64,000 nt of DNA from Raillietiella orientalis. Its lineage: Eukaryota. Made by a program: the position numbers and the translations under genes. The stretch spans positions 806,001-870,000 of the forward strand of contig JAYWIR010000039.1 in NCBI GenBank assembly GCA_036172245.1. Reading direction: 5' to 3'. Shown in pieces: positions 61,855 to 64,000 of this stretch (position 1 is its first letter; each line of letters starts with the position of its first letter). Under the pieces are notes generated by a model. The model was not told the origin of the DNA and searched no databases. It saw only the letters and a list, made by a program, of their open reading frames with translations.

Positions 61855-64000
61855 AGGCGCATGTCGAAATTCCCATCCAGAGACACGAACCGGGGAGGGA
61901 AGGGGAGGGAGGGGGAAAGAAAACGCAGCAAGCGGTTTCGTGGAGCCAGGAGTGACTCCTGCACCGCCCGTTCCGTTTGTTTACCTTTCGTCGCGGGGGG
62001 CACGAGCATCCGCAGAGGAAAGACACGCGGGACCGCGATTATCTGCCCAGGTCAGAGGTTCGTCGTGAGACGGGCCCCGGAGATGCTTCAGCGGCGTAAG
62101 GGGTGGGAGAAATTGGGTGAGCGGTGGCTCCCGCACGTCCTGTGGGAAACCGCGCCGGAAGTGTCCCAGCCGCTACCGAGTGGACCGAAGGCGACTGCCG
62201 ATTTCCGGGCGCGCCCTTGGCTTCTTGGGAGGAGCCCGAAGAGGAACCAGGAAGCGGAAGGGGCGACAATCGAAAGCTCTGGCGCGCTTCCTGTTAACAT
62301 CCGGGTAGGTCGGTGCGCGCCGCTTCCGTTCTGGCAAGAGCTCCTGAAAGCTTCCGAGGAAGACGTTCGCCTCTCCCTCCGCAGCGTGTGCTCCGGATAA
62401 AAAACTGGTGCGTTGGCACTTGAAGGCGCTGGCGAAGCAAGGCGCTGGTGGGAGGCTCACCTTCAGGAAGGCTTGAACGATCGGGCGGAGCCATCATGGG
62501 GACACTAAACGAAAAGGACAAGCGCAAGTACTAGCATGAGAATAGGCGTAGGATGGCGGTGGTCGGGCGGTGCAGCCACCACCCTTCCGAGGGAGGAAAC
62601 CTCGTTTCGACGTGGAGCGGGTGATCGCACAAACTCGGAGATTTCTTTGTTCTCCTCTTGGCGTCCCAGTAGATCCATCTGCGACGACGTGCGCGGTGGC
62701 TTCGCTCACGGAAGCAGCCTGTTCGTCGCGTCAGCCGCATCTTCTCGGGAGCAGGCCCCCAAATGCGAACCGCTTGAAACTGGACCACCCCGTCGTTTCC
62801 AAAATCTCTGCCTGGCAACACGCTTCGAGGACCCTTTCCTCCCCCTCCGTTGCCACGGCCCTTCGCTTTGTTTGCGTTCGCAATCTCCAAGTTCCACCAT
62901 CAATCTTTTCGCTCTTCTTCCCCATCGCCGTAAAATCTGCGCTGCCGGTGGGATTTGCCCTCAAGTGCCTGTCCCTAAAGAGAAGCAAATTTCCCCGGAA
63001 GATTCGGGATTCCTTAAAAGGTCGCAAGCGTTCTCTTCAGTGAAGGACCGGCCCGCCAAAGAATGAGAAGGGGCTTTGTGATGTGGTGAGGGAGCTCACT
63101 GAGATGTCACCGAGCCCTCAGCCTTCTGGTGGGCTCTGGGGCTTGTCGTCTCTGGATCAAGCCAGTGTGCCCAGGTCCCGGCATCTTGGACCTCATCTAG
63201 AAACTCTAACATGTGGGTCTGTGCTCGATCGTGCGAAGGATGACCTAGCTGGCACCCCAATAGGCGTCCAGACCTCGTTGGATGGTGTCGCCATGCCGTC
63301 ACCTAGCCGAGAGAGTTCGCGTGCGCTCTCGAAACTTCCAGCTCTTTCGAAAACTCTAAGGTCCGGATAACCGGCTCCTTGAAGAACTGACGCCTGGTTT
63401 CGAGAAACCCAAAGGGATAGCTCGTGGTTACTCTGTCCCGAAGACAGTGGCCTCTAATCGACCCGTTCCTTCCAGAGCAGAGGCGAACCCGCGAGCGTTC
63501 CGAGGTCGCAGAAGGTCGGCAGCAGGAGAGGACGCCTCCCGACCCTACGGCGAATCAACAGCAGCAGCGTGAAAGCGGTCAGGACGACGGCAGGGAGGCC
63601 GGTGGGCGCGGATGCGGAGCGATGGCACTTCGCTGTTAGGGGCGCACCCTCGTCGGCGCGGGCGATGATCGCAGGGCGCCTCCCCTCATCGCTGATGAAC
63701 GGCGGACTCTTTAGGAGAGGAGAAGATCGCTGAGCGCCGGACGGGGCGCGAAGGCAGGGAAGGCTCCTGATGGACTGCTCCGGGGAGATCCACTGGGGCT
63801 TGGAAGTGCGGCAGGGGCGCTGAAGGAGTGCCAGCGAGGCCACAGCCACGAGTGGACGATGAGGACCGGGAGATGCCGAAGGCGGTCGAAAATTTTCTGA
63901 TCGCTCGCTCAAACCCCCTGGCACCTCATTCATGGGTTCACGCTGGAATAGTCTTTCACAGCCTTCTGGAACGCTGGCAGTGTGTCCCCCCATGGGCAGC

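Overview
Eukaryotic, intron-containing genomic DNA, most likely from an animal (species cannot be determined from the sequence). Most ORFs in the track are spurious. Two spliced genes can be reconstructed by eye. One is a + strand gene (~9.4-21.3 kb) with His/Gln/Glu-rich low-complexity N-terminal exons and a C-terminal MYND zinc finger split by a 58-nt intron. The other is a three-exon - strand gene (54594-52401) for a ~198-aa secreted single-FAS1 (fasciclin) protein. Much of the rest is repeat-derived: at least five copies of a ~600-800-nt tRNA-headed SINE-like element, at least four decayed 3' ends of an L1/Tx1-type LINE, minisatellites and a ~450-bp tandem duplication. Three observations stand out. 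(i) The diverged SINE copies keep the same hairpins through compensatory base changes and UNCG loops. (ii) At two separate loci the SINE head is joined to a ~600-nt LINE 3' end that starts at almost the same point. (iii) Several other 350-700-nt blocks are densely packed with nested hairpins. All structure calls were made by eye, without folding software or database searches. No CRISPR array, rRNA or bona fide tRNA gene was found, and the 29-47 kb and 55-60 kb regions could not be assigned.
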